From contig JZWU02000013.1 of NCBI GenBank assembly GCA_000960865.2, forward strand, positions 1-37,005: 37,005 nucleotides of DNA. Reading direction: 5' to 3'. The DNA comes from Vulcanisaeta sp. AZ3. GTDB taxonomy: Archaea > Thermoproteota > Thermoprotei > Thermoproteales > Thermocladiaceae. Each line of letters begins with the position of its first letter. Position 1 is the stretch's first letter. Shown piece by piece: positions 18,152 through 28,158 of the stretch. The translations under genes were made by a program, and so were the position numbers. The notes under the pieces were generated by a model. That model did not search any database. It was not told the origin of the DNA and saw only the letters and a list, made by a program, of their open reading frames with translations.

Positions 18152-18170
18152 GTGCATTATTTTCATTTGA

Positions 18171-18188
18171 ATTTAAAAGTTTGATTTT
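18171..18188 (-). promoter_or_regulatory. BRE/TATA promoter of tRNA-Ala
   Basis: Minus strand reads AAAATCAAACTTTTAAAT, with the TATA 20-27 nt upstream of the tRNA 5' end. Confidence 0.55.
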
Positions 18189-18476
18189 ATGAGGGTGCTT
18201 AAACTTTTGTGTTCCGGCAATGTAGGGTCCCTCTAAAGTGGTCCTTAAGTTTGTTTGCTATTGGTATTGATATTAAGTATTCTGCTCATTAAGGTCTGAC
18301 TGCTTTAAAATTAATATTAATTCTAATCGGTCTAGTTTAAAAGAGACTAGCTTAGCGCCTTAAAGAGGCAGTGCTAATATGTAAGTATGTAAAATTTTTG
18401 ATGAGAAAAGCTCTGTGTGCCATTGAGATGTTAGTATTGACTAGGGATTTAGATAGGATTATCATTAGATAAAGTA

Positions 18477-19838
18477 TTAACCCGGTAAGTGTTGAGGAGT
18501 TAAAGCTAATGTCGTTGATTTAGGTGGCCTTTGCGATATGAGTATTGCGGTGACTATGTTTAAGTTGCTGCCGGTCCATCCGGTCCTTATTAGGGTGCTT
18601 GTTTTTTCATAAATAATTGCGGTATTGTTATTCTTAAGTTCGTTCATAGGATCTAGGCCCATCTCTAAGGCTTTTTCCATTATTGAGCCATCGGTCATGC
18701 AACCAGCTGCATCCATATTGCCATCAATTCCATCGGTGGCTATTGAAAGCATGGAAATTCCATCAATACCCATTATGGATAACCCAAAGCCTGTGCAGAG
18801 TTCCGTGGTTCTACCACCCTTACCATTACCAACAACAGTAACCGTAGGCTCACCACCACTTAATATTACCCCCTCCCTAATAGGAACACCCCTAAACCTA
18901 GCCTCAAGGGCTATGCTAGCAAGATATCTACCAACCTCCCTGGCCTCTCCCTCCATTCTGGAGGTGAGGATTAATGAATTCATGCCAAGGCTTTCCACGT
19001 AACGTGATACATCCTTAAGCACATCCATGTTACTTGCAATTACGTAGTTCCAAGCATTATTTAACTCCTTAGGCGTATCACTAATCAATCCCCGAGCCCC
19101 ACTCTCAAGTATCTCTCTAACCTTAGTGGGTACCTTATCCCAGATTCCCCTATTCTTTAATACACGTATTGCATCGATATATGTCGTTGGATCAGGAGCG
19201 GTCGGTCCGCTGGCCACGGTTGTTGGGTCGTCACCAGGTACATCACTAGCAATTAATGAAATTACTTTACCGCCTCTTTTAACAACCTCGAGGGCTAACC
19301 TACCACCTTTAGTCTTAGATAGGTGTTTTCTTACAGCATTCATCTCATGTATTGTAGCCCCACTTTTAAGTAGTAACTCATTAACAATTATCAGATCTTC
19401 AAGATTCAATCCTTCCATGGGAACTTCTACCAATGCTGAACCTCCACCGCTTATTAGGAATAGTACGTAATCTCCAGGCTCAACTCTTGATATTAAGTTT
19501 AATATTTCTAGTCCAGCCTTCACACTTCTCTCGGTGGGTAATGGATGCGTTGATTCAAGGACCCTAATAATACTCAACCTACTTGGGATCCCTTTAGGTA
19601 CAATTGCTATACCATCAATTATTCTATTGCCTGCTCTATCCTCAATTGCCTTGGCCATATTTATTGCGCCCTTACCGATAGCCACTAAGTGAAATTTACT
19701 AACTTCATGACTAAGGATCTTTACGGTATTACCTTCAACATTTATTACTCTATTCACTCTATCGTATAGGTTTGATGCACGTAAAATAACGTTAACTAAG
19801 TCCGCTAGGAAGTCGCTTGCAAAGATCGGCGTTACCAT
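18477..19838 (-). CDS. Glycerate 2-kinase (MOFRL family)
   Basis: AIGK.A..MA, HPLP, LISGGGSAL, N.VRKHLS..KGGRLA, SDVPGDD...ASGPT, GGE.TV, G.GGR and TDG.DG. The likely start is MVTPIF. Confidence 0.92.
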   Translation of the reverse strand: MVTPIFASDFLADLVNVILRASNLYDRVNRVINVEGNTVKILSHEVSKFHLVAIGKGAINMAKAIEDRAGNRIIDGIAIVPKGIPSRLSIIRVLESTHPLPTERSVKAGLEILNLISRVEPGDYVLFLISGGGSALVEVPMEGLNLEDLIIVNELLLKSGATIHEMNAVRKHLSKTKGGRLALEVVKRGGKVISLIASDVPGDDPTTVASGPTAPDPTTYIDAIRVLKNRGIWDKVPTKVREILESGARGLISDTPKELNNAWNYVIASNMDVLKDVSRYVESLGMNSLILTSRMEGEAREVGRYLASIALEARFRGVPIREGVILSGGEPTVTVVGNGKGGRTTELCTGFGLSIMGIDGISMLSIATDGIDGNMDAAGCMTDGSIMEKALEMGLDPMNELKNNNTAIIYEKTSTLIRTGWTGSNLNIVTAILISQRPPKSTTLALTPQHLPG

Positions 19839-19892
19839 TAGGTCGATAGTTAGTGTTTGTTTTATAAAGGGTGATGTTATTATCACGACCAT

Positions 19893-20504
19893 ATGATTGA
19901 TACTGAGAGATTAAAGGCAAGATTAAGAGAGCTTGAGAATGCTAAGGATGAAATTATTGAAACAAGTGTTAGAATTACCAGATTATCGAAATCAATCATT
20001 TACTCATTGATTAGGAATGACGCTGAGTCTGCACGTAAATATATAAGTGAGATGCAAGAATTAATGATCAAGTTGAAGAAGTTAATAGTTAAATACCCAA
20101 TGTACTATAATAATGCCGTAGTTAGCTTGCAGGAATATGTGGAGGCTATGGCAATGTGGTACTTCACGACCGAAGGCAGATTGCCTGAGATTAATGAGCT
20201 TGATGTTGACGTAATACCCTACGTAAATGGGATAGCTGACTTCGTCGGTGAGCTTAGTAGAAAAGCAACTGAAGAGATGATAAGAGGCAACCTAGAATTT
20301 GCTAAGAGAGCAAAAGATGTTATGGAGAATATATACCTAGATATGCTAAATCTCGAGCCTAGAGACTTCGAGATGAGGAAAAAAGTTGATTACATAGCCT
20401 CAAATATAAATTGGCTAAATGAGAAAATATTCTATAAAACCTTAGCGTTACCACAAATACCCACGAATATTCGTAATGCAAATAATACTGAAAACAACAA
20501 CTAG
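19893..20504 (+). CDS. Translin/Trax (C3PO) family protein
   Basis: All-helical, with QEYVEA, GIADFVGELSR and MRKKVD motifs. Confidence 0.85.
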   Translation: MIDTERLKARLRELENAKDEIIETSVRITRLSKSIIYSLIRNDAESARKYISEMQELMIKLKKLIVKYPMYYNNAVVSLQEYVEAMAMWYFTTEGRLPEINELDVDVIPYVNGIADFVGELSRKATEEMIRGNLEFAKRAKDVMENIYLDMLNLEPRDFEMRKKVDYIASNINWLNEKIFYKTLALPQIPTNIRNANNTENNN

Positions 20505-20569
20505 CCTCTGTCATAATGCGCAGCGCCTCATTACTCTATAGTACTCGTTAGTTAAGGTGAGAATTAATC

Positions 20570-20589
20570 TAGATATACAGTTATATCTA
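20570..20589. repeat. Perfect inverted repeat TAGATATA-N4-TATATCTA
   Basis: Read directly from the sequence; it lies between convergent genes. Confidence 0.6.
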
Positions 20590-20735
20590 AGAAAAAGTTT
20601 TATTAAATATTAAAACAATAATAAATATATTTTATAGTAAATGATATGATCCTAAACTTTAGAAGAAATTGAGGCTTAATGCCGTCTTGCGAAGTGTTTT
20701 CATAACAACCGTCTTACCTTAAATTACGTAACTCC

Positions 20736-21188
20736 CTATTTAATAGAGCTTACTATGTTTCTTATCTGTTCGAGCCTTTTCTCTAACCCACTGCATTTCT
20801 CATTGATTATTTTATTTACCTCGTCCTCTGTATATAATCTCTCGATTTTTATGTTTGAGAAGTTCAATTTATTATCTTTCTGATCATAGGTAATTATTAC
20901 GCTTATTCTAACAAGTGTCAGTTTGTCTATACCTCTCTTTATCATCTCTTCATATATTGCCTTATTTAATTCGGCTATGTCCCTAAGTATTACGTCCTCT
21001 GGCACAGCCCTTGAGAATGCAGCAAAAGCTGCGCGTCTCAATTTATCGGCAAATCTAGCAGCGATTATTATGCCGGTCCTTATCTCAACAGTTAGTGGTC
21101 CCTGTATTGTGAATCCGCTGTATAATTTCTCATATTCCACGGCTCTCTCCTTATCTCTCTCAATATCCTCGCTTAGTTTCCAAGACAT
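20736..21188 (-). CDS. DUF2258 / ThermoDBP-related ssDNA-binding protein
   Basis: RTGIIIAARFADKLRR..FA, AELNK.IYE and VRISV motifs, plus a C-terminal coiled coil. Confidence 0.75.
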   Translation of the reverse strand: MSWKLSEDIERDKERAVEYEKLYSGFTIQGPLTVEIRTGIIIAARFADKLRRAAFAAFSRAVPEDVILRDIAELNKAIYEEMIKRGIDKLTLVRISVIITYDQKDNKLNFSNIKIERLYTEDEVNKIINEKCSGLEKRLEQIRNIVSSIK

Positions 21189-21285
21189 AACTATTTATTC
21201 ACATTTTAGATATTAAAATCTTATTTTCGTGATTTAATGCAAACGCTTAAGTAGGGGTTTGAAATTTATTACTTGATCTGAGTTT

Positions 21286-21576
21286 ATGGGGATTCGTAGG
21301 GTTGTACTTGATGTCGATATTCCAAGTAATATATCAACGGTGGAGTTGGCAGAGAAGCTTGGTAGGATTAATGGCGTGAAGGCAGTAAATGTTACAGTAA
21401 CAGATACTGATGTAGAGGTCTTGGGATTAATAGTAATTGTTGAGGGTGATAGTATTAATTATGATGAGGTTAGAAGAATAATTGAGGATTTAGGCGGTGC
21501 CATTAGAAGTGTCGACCAAGTGGTTGTTGGTGAGTACATACTTGAGTTTAATCCGCAGTTGATCAGGGAGAGGTAA
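21286..21576 (+). CDS. DUF211 family protein
   Basis: IRRVVLDV, GV..VNVTV...D and IE..GG.I.SVD.VV.G motifs. Confidence 0.82.
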   Translation: MGIRRVVLDVDIPSNISTVELAEKLGRINGVKAVNVTVTDTDVEVLGLIVIVEGDSINYDEVRRIIEDLGGAIRSVDQVVVGEYILEFNPQLIRER

Positions 21577-21578
21577 TT

Positions 21579-22070
21579 ATGGCATTAATTGAGGGCAGGT
21601 ACGTGGTGCTCGGCTTCTTGGATAGTGTCCTAACAACGCTAGTATTGGGAGAGGCCATGGTAAATACTATTAAGCTGGTTATTATTGTTACGATTATTAA
21701 TTTATTAACGGCCTTCATGGCTGAGTATATAGAAGAGAGGGGTACATTAAGCCATATAGAGAGGGCACTTCTTTTGAGAAAGGGTTCGTTATTAAGAACG
21801 AGTCTTCATAGAAGAGCTGTGCTTGACGCTATAATTAAAGGTTTAGTATTTGGTATTATTTCATTGGTTGGGGCTCTAGTGACTGAGTCAAGCATAGGCA
21901 TTAGGGTGTTTTGGGTTCCTATAATACCGATAATAATGCTTGGTGTTTTTGGCACTCTCATGAGTAGGTACTTCAGAGGTAACGCTTTTCTCTGGTTTGC
22001 ATTATATGTTGTCCTTGGTATAGTTGCGTCTTTCATTGGCTATGTCATTACAGGGCTAGGACCTTTTTAG
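21579..22070 (+). CDS. Membrane protein, VIT1/CCC1-like (TIGR00267-like)
   Basis: RY.VLG..D..LT.L and AFMAEY.EER..L..IERALL motifs, about 5 TM segments, 2 nt after the DUF211 gene. Confidence 0.65.
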   Translation: MALIEGRYVVLGFLDSVLTTLVLGEAMVNTIKLVIIVTIINLLTAFMAEYIEERGTLSHIERALLLRKGSLLRTSLHRRAVLDAIIKGLVFGIISLVGALVTESSIGIRVFWVPIIPIIMLGVFGTLMSRYFRGNAFLWFALYVVLGIVASFIGYVITGLGPF

Positions 22071-22492
22071 GATTGTTTCGTTAGGTTTATGGGTTTTCCT
22101 TCTTTGATTATTTTATCGCTTAATTCAGGGTTTACCTTAGCTAATTGATCCTTAATACTCTCTAAGAATGTCTCATCTTCCTCTTTATTCCTAAGCTCAT
22201 CAGGTAGTAATATGGGTATCTCCTCCTTTATTGGATACCACCTACCGCATTTACTACAGTATAGAACTCCCTCAACAACCTCCTTCTTAATGCACTCCTC
22301 ACAAGGTAATTCCTGTGGGTTTGGATAGTTCTTAATAAAGACATTCCTTAAGGCACAATACTCTTCACAGAAGGGCTTCTTGCTCCACTCATACTTACGT
22401 TCCGGATACTCCTTCTCCTTTAACACTACCAACGTTAATGGGAAGGACTTATCATAAGGGCAGGCTAGTACATCCATTAATCTGTACTTCAC
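22067..22492 (-). CDS. trm112: Trm112 family methyltransferase activator
   Basis: (M)KYRLMDVLACPYDK.FPL and EG.LYC.KCGRWYPI.EEIP.LLPDELR. A GTG start at 22492 is preferred. Confidence 0.9.
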   Translation of the reverse strand: MKYRLMDVLACPYDKSFPLTLVVLKEKEYPERKYEWSKKPFCEEYCALRNVFIKNYPNPQELPCEECIKKEVVEGVLYCSKCGRWYPIKEEIPILLPDELRNKEEDETFLESIKDQLAKVNPELSDKIIKEGKPINLTKQS

Positions 22493-22679
22493 GATAATTA
22501 TTGGCATTAAATCCCATTTAATTACTTTACTATCAAAAACAACATTCAGCATAGCACTGAGGCTATTGGGTTAGGGTAGGCTGGCAAAACTTGCATCATT
22601 ATATAGAGTTAGTGTTGATGATAAACTAATCATGATAAAGATGCGATTTTATAGCGTGAGCCCTTCTAGGAGCCTTTTA

Positions 22680-24440
22680 TCAGTACTTTCTTTCCTCAGG
22701 TTTCCACCTTGTTATTCTAACTGGTACGTAACTGAGCCTTGGTCCCTCAGCTGTGTAGAAGTAGAGGGTGTGCTTGAGCCAATTTACATCATCTCTCTTT
22801 GGATAGTCCAACCTATAATGGGCACCTCTTGATTCCGTCCTTGTTAGCGCGCCGATGGTTATTAACTCTGCCTGTTCTAGCAGGAAGTCGAGTTCTAAGA
22901 CGTCTCTTAGATTTGTGTTATAGTATCTGCCCTTATCCTCGATCCTAACGTTTGGAAATCTATCTCTCAATCTCTTTATTGTTGAGTAAGCCTCCTCTAA
23001 TCCACTCTTATCTCTGAAGACATATACGTAGGTATCCATTGTTCTATTCATCTCATCCTTAATCGCATATGGGTTTTCAGCCCCAACCTCTTTATGTAAT
23101 AATTTATCGAAGACTCTACTCTCCTCCCTAGAGACCTTGGTCTCTATGTCACCAGTGTATTCAAGCATAGTGTCTGGTGCGTTCATAGCATACTTAGCCG
23201 CCGCAGCACCTGTTAACCTACCCCACACAAGGCACTCACTTAATGAGTTGCTGCCCAGTCTATTGGCACCATGGACGCTCACATTGGCAGCCTCACCTGC
23301 AGCCCAGAGATTAGGTACCCTAGTCTTGTCTTCATCAAGCATGACTTGACCATATAAATCGACGTGTATTCCACCCATCATGTAGTGCATCGCAGGCCTT
23401 ACTGGTATGGGCTCCTCAACAGGGTCTATACCCAAGGTCTTTATAGCTATCTCCCTAATCATGGGTAGCCTCGTATTTATCCTATCCTCACCTAGGTGTC
23501 TTAGATCAAGTAATACATAACATAAACCTGATTCCTCATCTACAAAACCCCTACCCTGAAGACACTCCGTAATAATTGACCTACTCACAATATCCCTAGG
23601 CGCCAGCTCCATCCTGCTTGGTGCATAATTCTTCATGAACCTCTCACCCTCCTTATTAAGTAAGTAACCACCCTCACCTCTAGCGCCCTCGGTTATCAAT
23701 ATGCCATTGGGGACTAGGGCGGTTGGATGGAATTGCGGAAACTCCATATCCTTAAGCGGTATTCCAGCCCTGTAGGCTAGTGAGTAACCGTCTCCTGTCG
23801 AGGACCAAGCCATTGTTGTGAACTTATACACTCTACCATTACCACCCGTGGCTATTATCCCAGCCTTAGCAAGTATTACCTTAAATTCACCCGTCCTCAA
23901 GTCAATCGCAGTTACCCCTTTAAATACCCCATTATCCATTATTAATGATGTTACAAAATGTTCATGCATAATCTCTACATTATCAAATCTCAACACATTA
24001 TCGTAGAGTGTACTCAAGAGGAAGAAGCCGCTCTTATCTTGGGCAAAGGTTGTTCTTGGTATCGTCATTCCACCAAAAGGTCTCTGCAGTATTCTCCCTT
24101 TCTCATCTCTTGACCAGGGAACACCGAGATGATCCATGAATATTATTTCTTTGGGTGCTTCATTAACTAATAATTCAACAGCATCTTGATCGGCAAGGAA
24201 GTCACTACCCTTAACAGTATCATAAGCATGCAAATCAATGCTATCCCCAGTCTCCTTAGGATAAAGCACAGCACTAGCTCCGCCTTCGGCACTTACAGAG
24301 TGGCTCCTCATCGCATGAACCTTAGATATTACTGCAATCCTTATCTTACCTTGTGATACACGTGCAGCCTCAAAGGCTGCCCTTAACCCTGCAAGACCCG
24401 AACCGATTATTACCAAATCGTATTTTAGAACCTCCGGCAT
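22680..24440 (-). CDS. sdhA: Succinate dehydrogenase/fumarate reductase flavoprotein subunit
   Basis: [16 protein letters not shown] (covalent FAD His), [36 protein letters not shown] and ERKY. The likely start is MPEVL. Confidence 0.95.
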   Translation of the reverse strand: MPEVLKYDLVIIGSGLAGLRAAFEAARVSQGKIRIAVISKVHAMRSHSVSAEGGASAVLYPKETGDSIDLHAYDTVKGSDFLADQDAVELLVNEAPKEIIFMDHLGVPWSRDEKGRILQRPFGGMTIPRTTFAQDKSGFFLLSTLYDNVLRFDNVEIMHEHFVTSLIMDNGVFKGVTAIDLRTGEFKVILAKAGIIATGGNGRVYKFTTMAWSSTGDGYSLAYRAGIPLKDMEFPQFHPTALVPNGILITEGARGEGGYLLNKEGERFMKNYAPSRMELAPRDIVSRSIITECLQGRGFVDEESGLCYVLLDLRHLGEDRINTRLPMIREIAIKTLGIDPVEEPIPVRPAMHYMMGGIHVDLYGQVMLDEDKTRVPNLWAAGEAANVSVHGANRLGSNSLSECLVWGRLTGAAAAKYAMNAPDTMLEYTGDIETKVSREESRVFDKLLHKEVGAENPYAIKDEMNRTMDTYVYVFRDKSGLEEAYSTIKRLRDRFPNVRIEDKGRYYNTNLRDVLELDFLLEQAELITIGALTRTESRGAHYRLDYPKRDDVNWLKHTLYFYTAEGPRLSYVPVRITRWKPEERKY

Positions 24441-24543
24441 CTTTACACCATTTAGTCTAATATTTACCAAATTTTAATATATTTCCTCTTTCCTAAATCG
24501 TGGAGGATAAGCATTATTAATGCCTTAGCTCTTAACTATCATA

Positions 24544-25539
24544 ATGTCAATATTGAACGAGGAGGAGTTAGAGATTAAGATTAGGGAATTAAGCGGCGAG
24601 ATTCTTAAAATTAGAGAATCAATTGAGGATAAGAATAAGGAGAGGGCTAGGTTGCGTGACGAATTGAACAAGGTTAGGGAGGAGTTGAACAGTGTGATAA
24701 GTCAGCTCAATGGCAAGAGAGAGGAGTTAAGGAGAGTTAGGGAAGAGTTGAGTAATCTTCGTAGAAATAGGGATAGCATAGTAAATATGTTGAAGCAACT
24801 TAAGGAGAGAAGAAATGAATTGCTTCAAAGGATTAAGGAGTTAATTGAGAAAGTAAGGAAGTATAGAGAATTATTAAACATGCTTAATGATTTGATAGGA
24901 GGTAAGCCCGTGGATAAGGATAAATTAAAAGAGCTCATCGAGAAGCTTGAGTTTGAGCACGAGATATCACCAACAGATCCTGAGAAGGAGTGGGAGTTCT
25001 TTAGAACGATACAGCAATTGGAGAAGGAACTTAATGCTGCTGAGGTGATTTCGAAGATTAGAGGGCAGTTGAACAGCAATTCTCAAGAAATAGAGAGGCT
25101 TCGAAATGAGAGAGTAGAGTTGGGGCAGAGGATGAAGGAGCTTTATATGAATTCCCTAATAAGCATTAAAGCGCAGATACAAGAACTTAAGAAGAGAAGA
25201 GACGTTATCATTAATGAAATAACGCAATTAAAGAGCAAAAGGGATTCTCTTAAGGCTAGACGTGACGAATTGAAGACTGAAGTACTGAAGAAGTCTGCTG
25301 AGATTAAGGAGCTGAGGGATAAACTAAGGGAATTAAATGAAGAGCTCAATAAATACCAATTACTGTTGGCAGCAGCTAGAAAATCAAAAAGCCTCATAGT
25401 TAAGAAGCAAGAAGAAGAGAGATTTAAAGAGGCAGCTAAGAGGAAAGTTGAGGAGGGCCTACAGAGGTTAATGAATGGCGAGCGAGTGTCACTGAATGAT
25501 TTATTAGGCTTAGGATTAGAGGAAGATAGTGAGAAGTGA
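24544..25539 (+). CDS. Archaeal coiled-coil protein (COG1340-like)
   Basis: Continuous E/K/R/L heptads, a central IEKLEFEHE..P.DPEKE hinge, and C-terminal GERVSLNDL. Confidence 0.8.
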   Translation: MSILNEEELEIKIRELSGEILKIRESIEDKNKERARLRDELNKVREELNSVISQLNGKREELRRVREELSNLRRNRDSIVNMLKQLKERRNELLQRIKELIEKVRKYRELLNMLNDLIGGKPVDKDKLKELIEKLEFEHEISPTDPEKEWEFFRTIQQLEKELNAAEVISKIRGQLNSNSQEIERLRNERVELGQRMKELYMNSLISIKAQIQELKKRRDVIINEITQLKSKRDSLKARRDELKTEVLKKSAEIKELRDKLRELNEELNKYQLLLAAARKSKSLIVKKQEEERFKEAAKRKVEEGLQRLMNGERVSLNDLLGLGLEEDSEK

Positions 25540-25542
25540 GGC

Positions 25543-26649
25543 ATGGCAAGGCCAATAAAGAGGCTCCTGGTGCTCTATGTTGATAGGGATAATGATGTAG
25601 GCGAGAGATTAGGTGTTCCTACACCAATAATAGGTAGAAATAACATTCTAAAGGTAGCCACAGAATATATACTTAGGTACCCCGATGATTCCGACGCTAA
25701 TGCAATGTTTGGTGCGATACAGCTGTATGATTCGTTAACATCAACACTTGGTAATGACAATGTTGAGTTAGCTGTGGTTACAGGAACAAGTTCTGAGGAC
25801 ATTACCGCTGACATGAAAATACTCAATGAGGTAGATAAAGTACTACAGGTCTTTGATGCTGAGGGATTTGTTGTGGTTTCTGATGGCCCATCAGATGAGA
25901 CGGTGGTGCCGTTGATTCAATCGAGAAGGCCTGTAGTTTCGATTAGAAGAATTGTTGTTAAGCAGACTAGAGGCTTTGAGGAATTTGCTGTGTTAGCTAG
26001 GTACTACCTTAGTAAGTTATTTGGTGAACCTAAGTACAGGAGGTATGTGCTTGGCTTACCTGGCGCTCTATTATTAATTTACGGTTCGCTCTACAGTATA
26101 TGGCCATACATACCTATGTTCATTAGGACACTAATAATAGCTGGAATAACAACACTCCTTGGTGCAGCCTTTATACTATATGGTTTTAACATTCACGAGT
26201 CGTTACTTAGGTTCCTTAGGATGTATGAAATTACATTCTTTATTTCAGCCCTATCCATATTCTTTGACATAATATACGTACTATCCACATATTACATATT
26301 ACACCAACCAATACCGCTCTGGAGCACCCTAAGCCTATTCGACTTACTAGGGCTCGTGGTTGCTGCAATACTCACGGTCAACTCAATAGAGGTTTATATC
26401 AAGTATAGAGTTAGACCCTTTGGCAGGGTTGCTGCTGATGTTTTACTAACAACGTTCCTAATTATAGTAGCCAAGGACTTAGCTGGTTATATGCTTGGTA
26501 AGGTTGGCACATACCCATTACTCTTCGACTTAACAATCTATACTGTGATAGGGTTAATAACGTTATTCATACTAGGCATTTTAAGGAATAGATATGGTAA
26601 GGTTAAGGGTGGAGGTAAACAAAGACCTAGGGTCTCTAGCATACCATGA
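25543..26649 (+). CDS. DUF373 family membrane protein
   Basis: LLVLYVDRDNDVG..TPIIGR, P.DSDAN, VSDG..DE and RIVVKQ motifs, then TM helices. Confidence 0.88.
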   Translation: MARPIKRLLVLYVDRDNDVGERLGVPTPIIGRNNILKVATEYILRYPDDSDANAMFGAIQLYDSLTSTLGNDNVELAVVTGTSSEDITADMKILNEVDKVLQVFDAEGFVVVSDGPSDETVVPLIQSRRPVVSIRRIVVKQTRGFEEFAVLARYYLSKLFGEPKYRRYVLGLPGALLLIYGSLYSIWPYIPMFIRTLIIAGITTLLGAAFILYGFNIHESLLRFLRMYEITFFISALSIFFDIIYVLSTYYILHQPIPLWSTLSLFDLLGLVVAAILTVNSIEVYIKYRVRPFGRVAADVLLTTFLIIVAKDLAGYMLGKVGTYPLLFDLTIYTVIGLITLFILGILRNRYGKVKGGGKQRPRVSSIP

Positions 26650-27361
26650 ATTAGAGGCCTTAGCAGAATTAGTTAATGGTTCACTAGTTCTCGTTGATGA
26701 AAGTGAGTACCTATTGATTGATTACTACGGTAGTGCGGAGGCATTGAGAAATGTGTTGTGTAGAGCCTCATTGATTAAACGTGTGTGGATTGTTGAAGAT
26801 CATGAGCATTTAATAACAGATCTCAACAGGTCGAGGTATAGGGTTCTTAAGAGGGGTAGGGAGAAGGGTGGTTCTGCAAGTGTTGATCTACGTATTGCAA
26901 GGCTCCTGGTAAATTTGGCAAGAGTCCGTGATGGTTCGGTCTTCCTAGACCCCTTCATTGGTAATGGTATTATTGCGTATGAGGCTTTGATGCTTGGGGC
27001 TCGTGTAATTGGTGTAGACATTAATAATAAATTCCTGCGATCAATCCATAATGCACATATGGATATCGCTAACTCAGACTTCTCATTAGCTCCAATTAAA
27101 GATGGAGCTATTGATGCAATAGCTACAGATCCTCCATATAATAGATTGTCAATAATAGACATAGACATCGACACTCTATATAGGAGATTTGCTGAGGAAG
27201 CTTATAGAGTTTTGAGGGCTGGTGGTTACTTAGCCTTCTCTCATCCAACGTATATAGGCGCTCTTGATTGGTTCATAAGCACTGGCTTTAAGCTTATAGG
27301 TAGTGGTCTGCAGCGTGTTCACGGTGGCCTGACTAGGTTAATATACGTGTTTAAGAAGTGA
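26594..27361 (+). CDS. Trm11/TrmG10-like RNA amino-methyltransferase
   Basis: AR.LVNLA, DPF.G.G, G.DI, TDPPY and RVHGGLTR.I motifs. Confidence 0.8.
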   Translation: MVRLRVEVNKDLGSLAYHELEALAELVNGSLVLVDESEYLLIDYYGSAEALRNVLCRASLIKRVWIVEDHEHLITDLNRSRYRVLKRGREKGGSASVDLRIARLLVNLARVRDGSVFLDPFIGNGIIAYEALMLGARVIGVDINNKFLRSIHNAHMDIANSDFSLAPIKDGAIDAIATDPPYNRLSIIDIDIDTLYRRFAEEAYRVLRAGGYLAFSHPTYIGALDWFISTGFKLIGSGLQRVHGGLTRLIYVFKK

Positions 27362-27498
27362 TGTGATTAAATAATGAATGGTAGATTCTTTGAAGGTACT
27401 GAACAATTACTGTAAGTATATGAATTACGAATTTTGAGCATAATAGTCCTAGCTGTTTTTAATTTCAGAGAGATAGTAAATAATGTGAAAAATGGAGG

Positions 27499-28152
27499 TT
27501 ATTCAATGCCGAGCAATGCTCGTAAGTTCTTTGCTGAGGCCACAGAATCGCTTGCCTGGGTTATGGCTCTGCCAACAACTACAATATCTACATTAGTATC
27601 TCTGAGCTTGCGAGCTACGCTTTCATTTATACCGCCGGCTATTGCAACACCTAACCCATACATACTCTTTATTTTAACTGCTTCATCAATTAAATCATCA
27701 ATACTTAATTCTCTGCTTCTCTGAACATCAATCCCTAGATGAAGACCTACGTAATCCGGCTTCAACCCGTTACTAAGTAATTCTCTAACCCTGTTAATAG
27801 GATCTTTAATGCTAATCATATCTATTATAGACTTACCACCAAGTCTTTTGGTCTCATTCACGAATTCCGTAATGGTTTCATTAGCTGCGGCACCAAGGAC
27901 ACTAACCATACTTGCACCAGCCTCGATTGCAAGCCTCGCCTCTAATGCGCCGACATCCATTGTCTTTAAATCTGCCATTATATCTATGTTGGGGCAAGCA
28001 ATCCTCAAGGCACTCACTACGTATATACCGGCAGCCTTTATTAGTGGGGTCCCGGCCTCAATTATATCCGCGGCTTTTGCCTCGCATAATCTGCGTGCCA
28101 TGCTTACAGCAAGGCTGGGTTCTATAAGGTCCAGGGCGACTTGAAGCTTCAA
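27499..28152 (-). CDS. hps: 3-hexulose-6-phosphate synthase (OMPDC/HUMPS family)
   Basis: LQVALD, EAGTPLIK, ADLKTMD.G..E, H.GID.Q, AGGI and VVGRAIT motifs; TTG start. Confidence 0.88.
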   Translation of the reverse strand: MKLQVALDLIEPSLAVSMARRLCEAKAADIIEAGTPLIKAAGIYVVSALRIACPNIDIMADLKTMDVGALEARLAIEAGASMVSVLGAAANETITEFVNETKRLGGKSIIDMISIKDPINRVRELLSNGLKPDYVGLHLGIDVQRSRELSIDDLIDEAVKIKSMYGLGVAIAGGINESVARKLRDTNVDIVVVGRAITQASDSVASAKNLRALLGIE

Positions 28153-28158
28153 TGAAAA

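Noticed and set aside
18152-18476. 325-bp intergenic gap next to tRNA-Ala
   Set aside because: No convincing ORF, repeat, att duplication or complete C/D motif beyond the tRNA promoter.
22545-22660. C/D-box-like words (TTGATGA/ATGA/GTGA on +; ATGATGC...CTGA on -)
   Set aside because: The boxes are degenerate and no rRNA/tRNA-complementary guide was recognised. It would need snoscan or RNA-seq support.
24544-25539. SMC/Rad50-like appearance of the coiled-coil protein
   Set aside because: No Walker A/B or signature motif, and it is too short.
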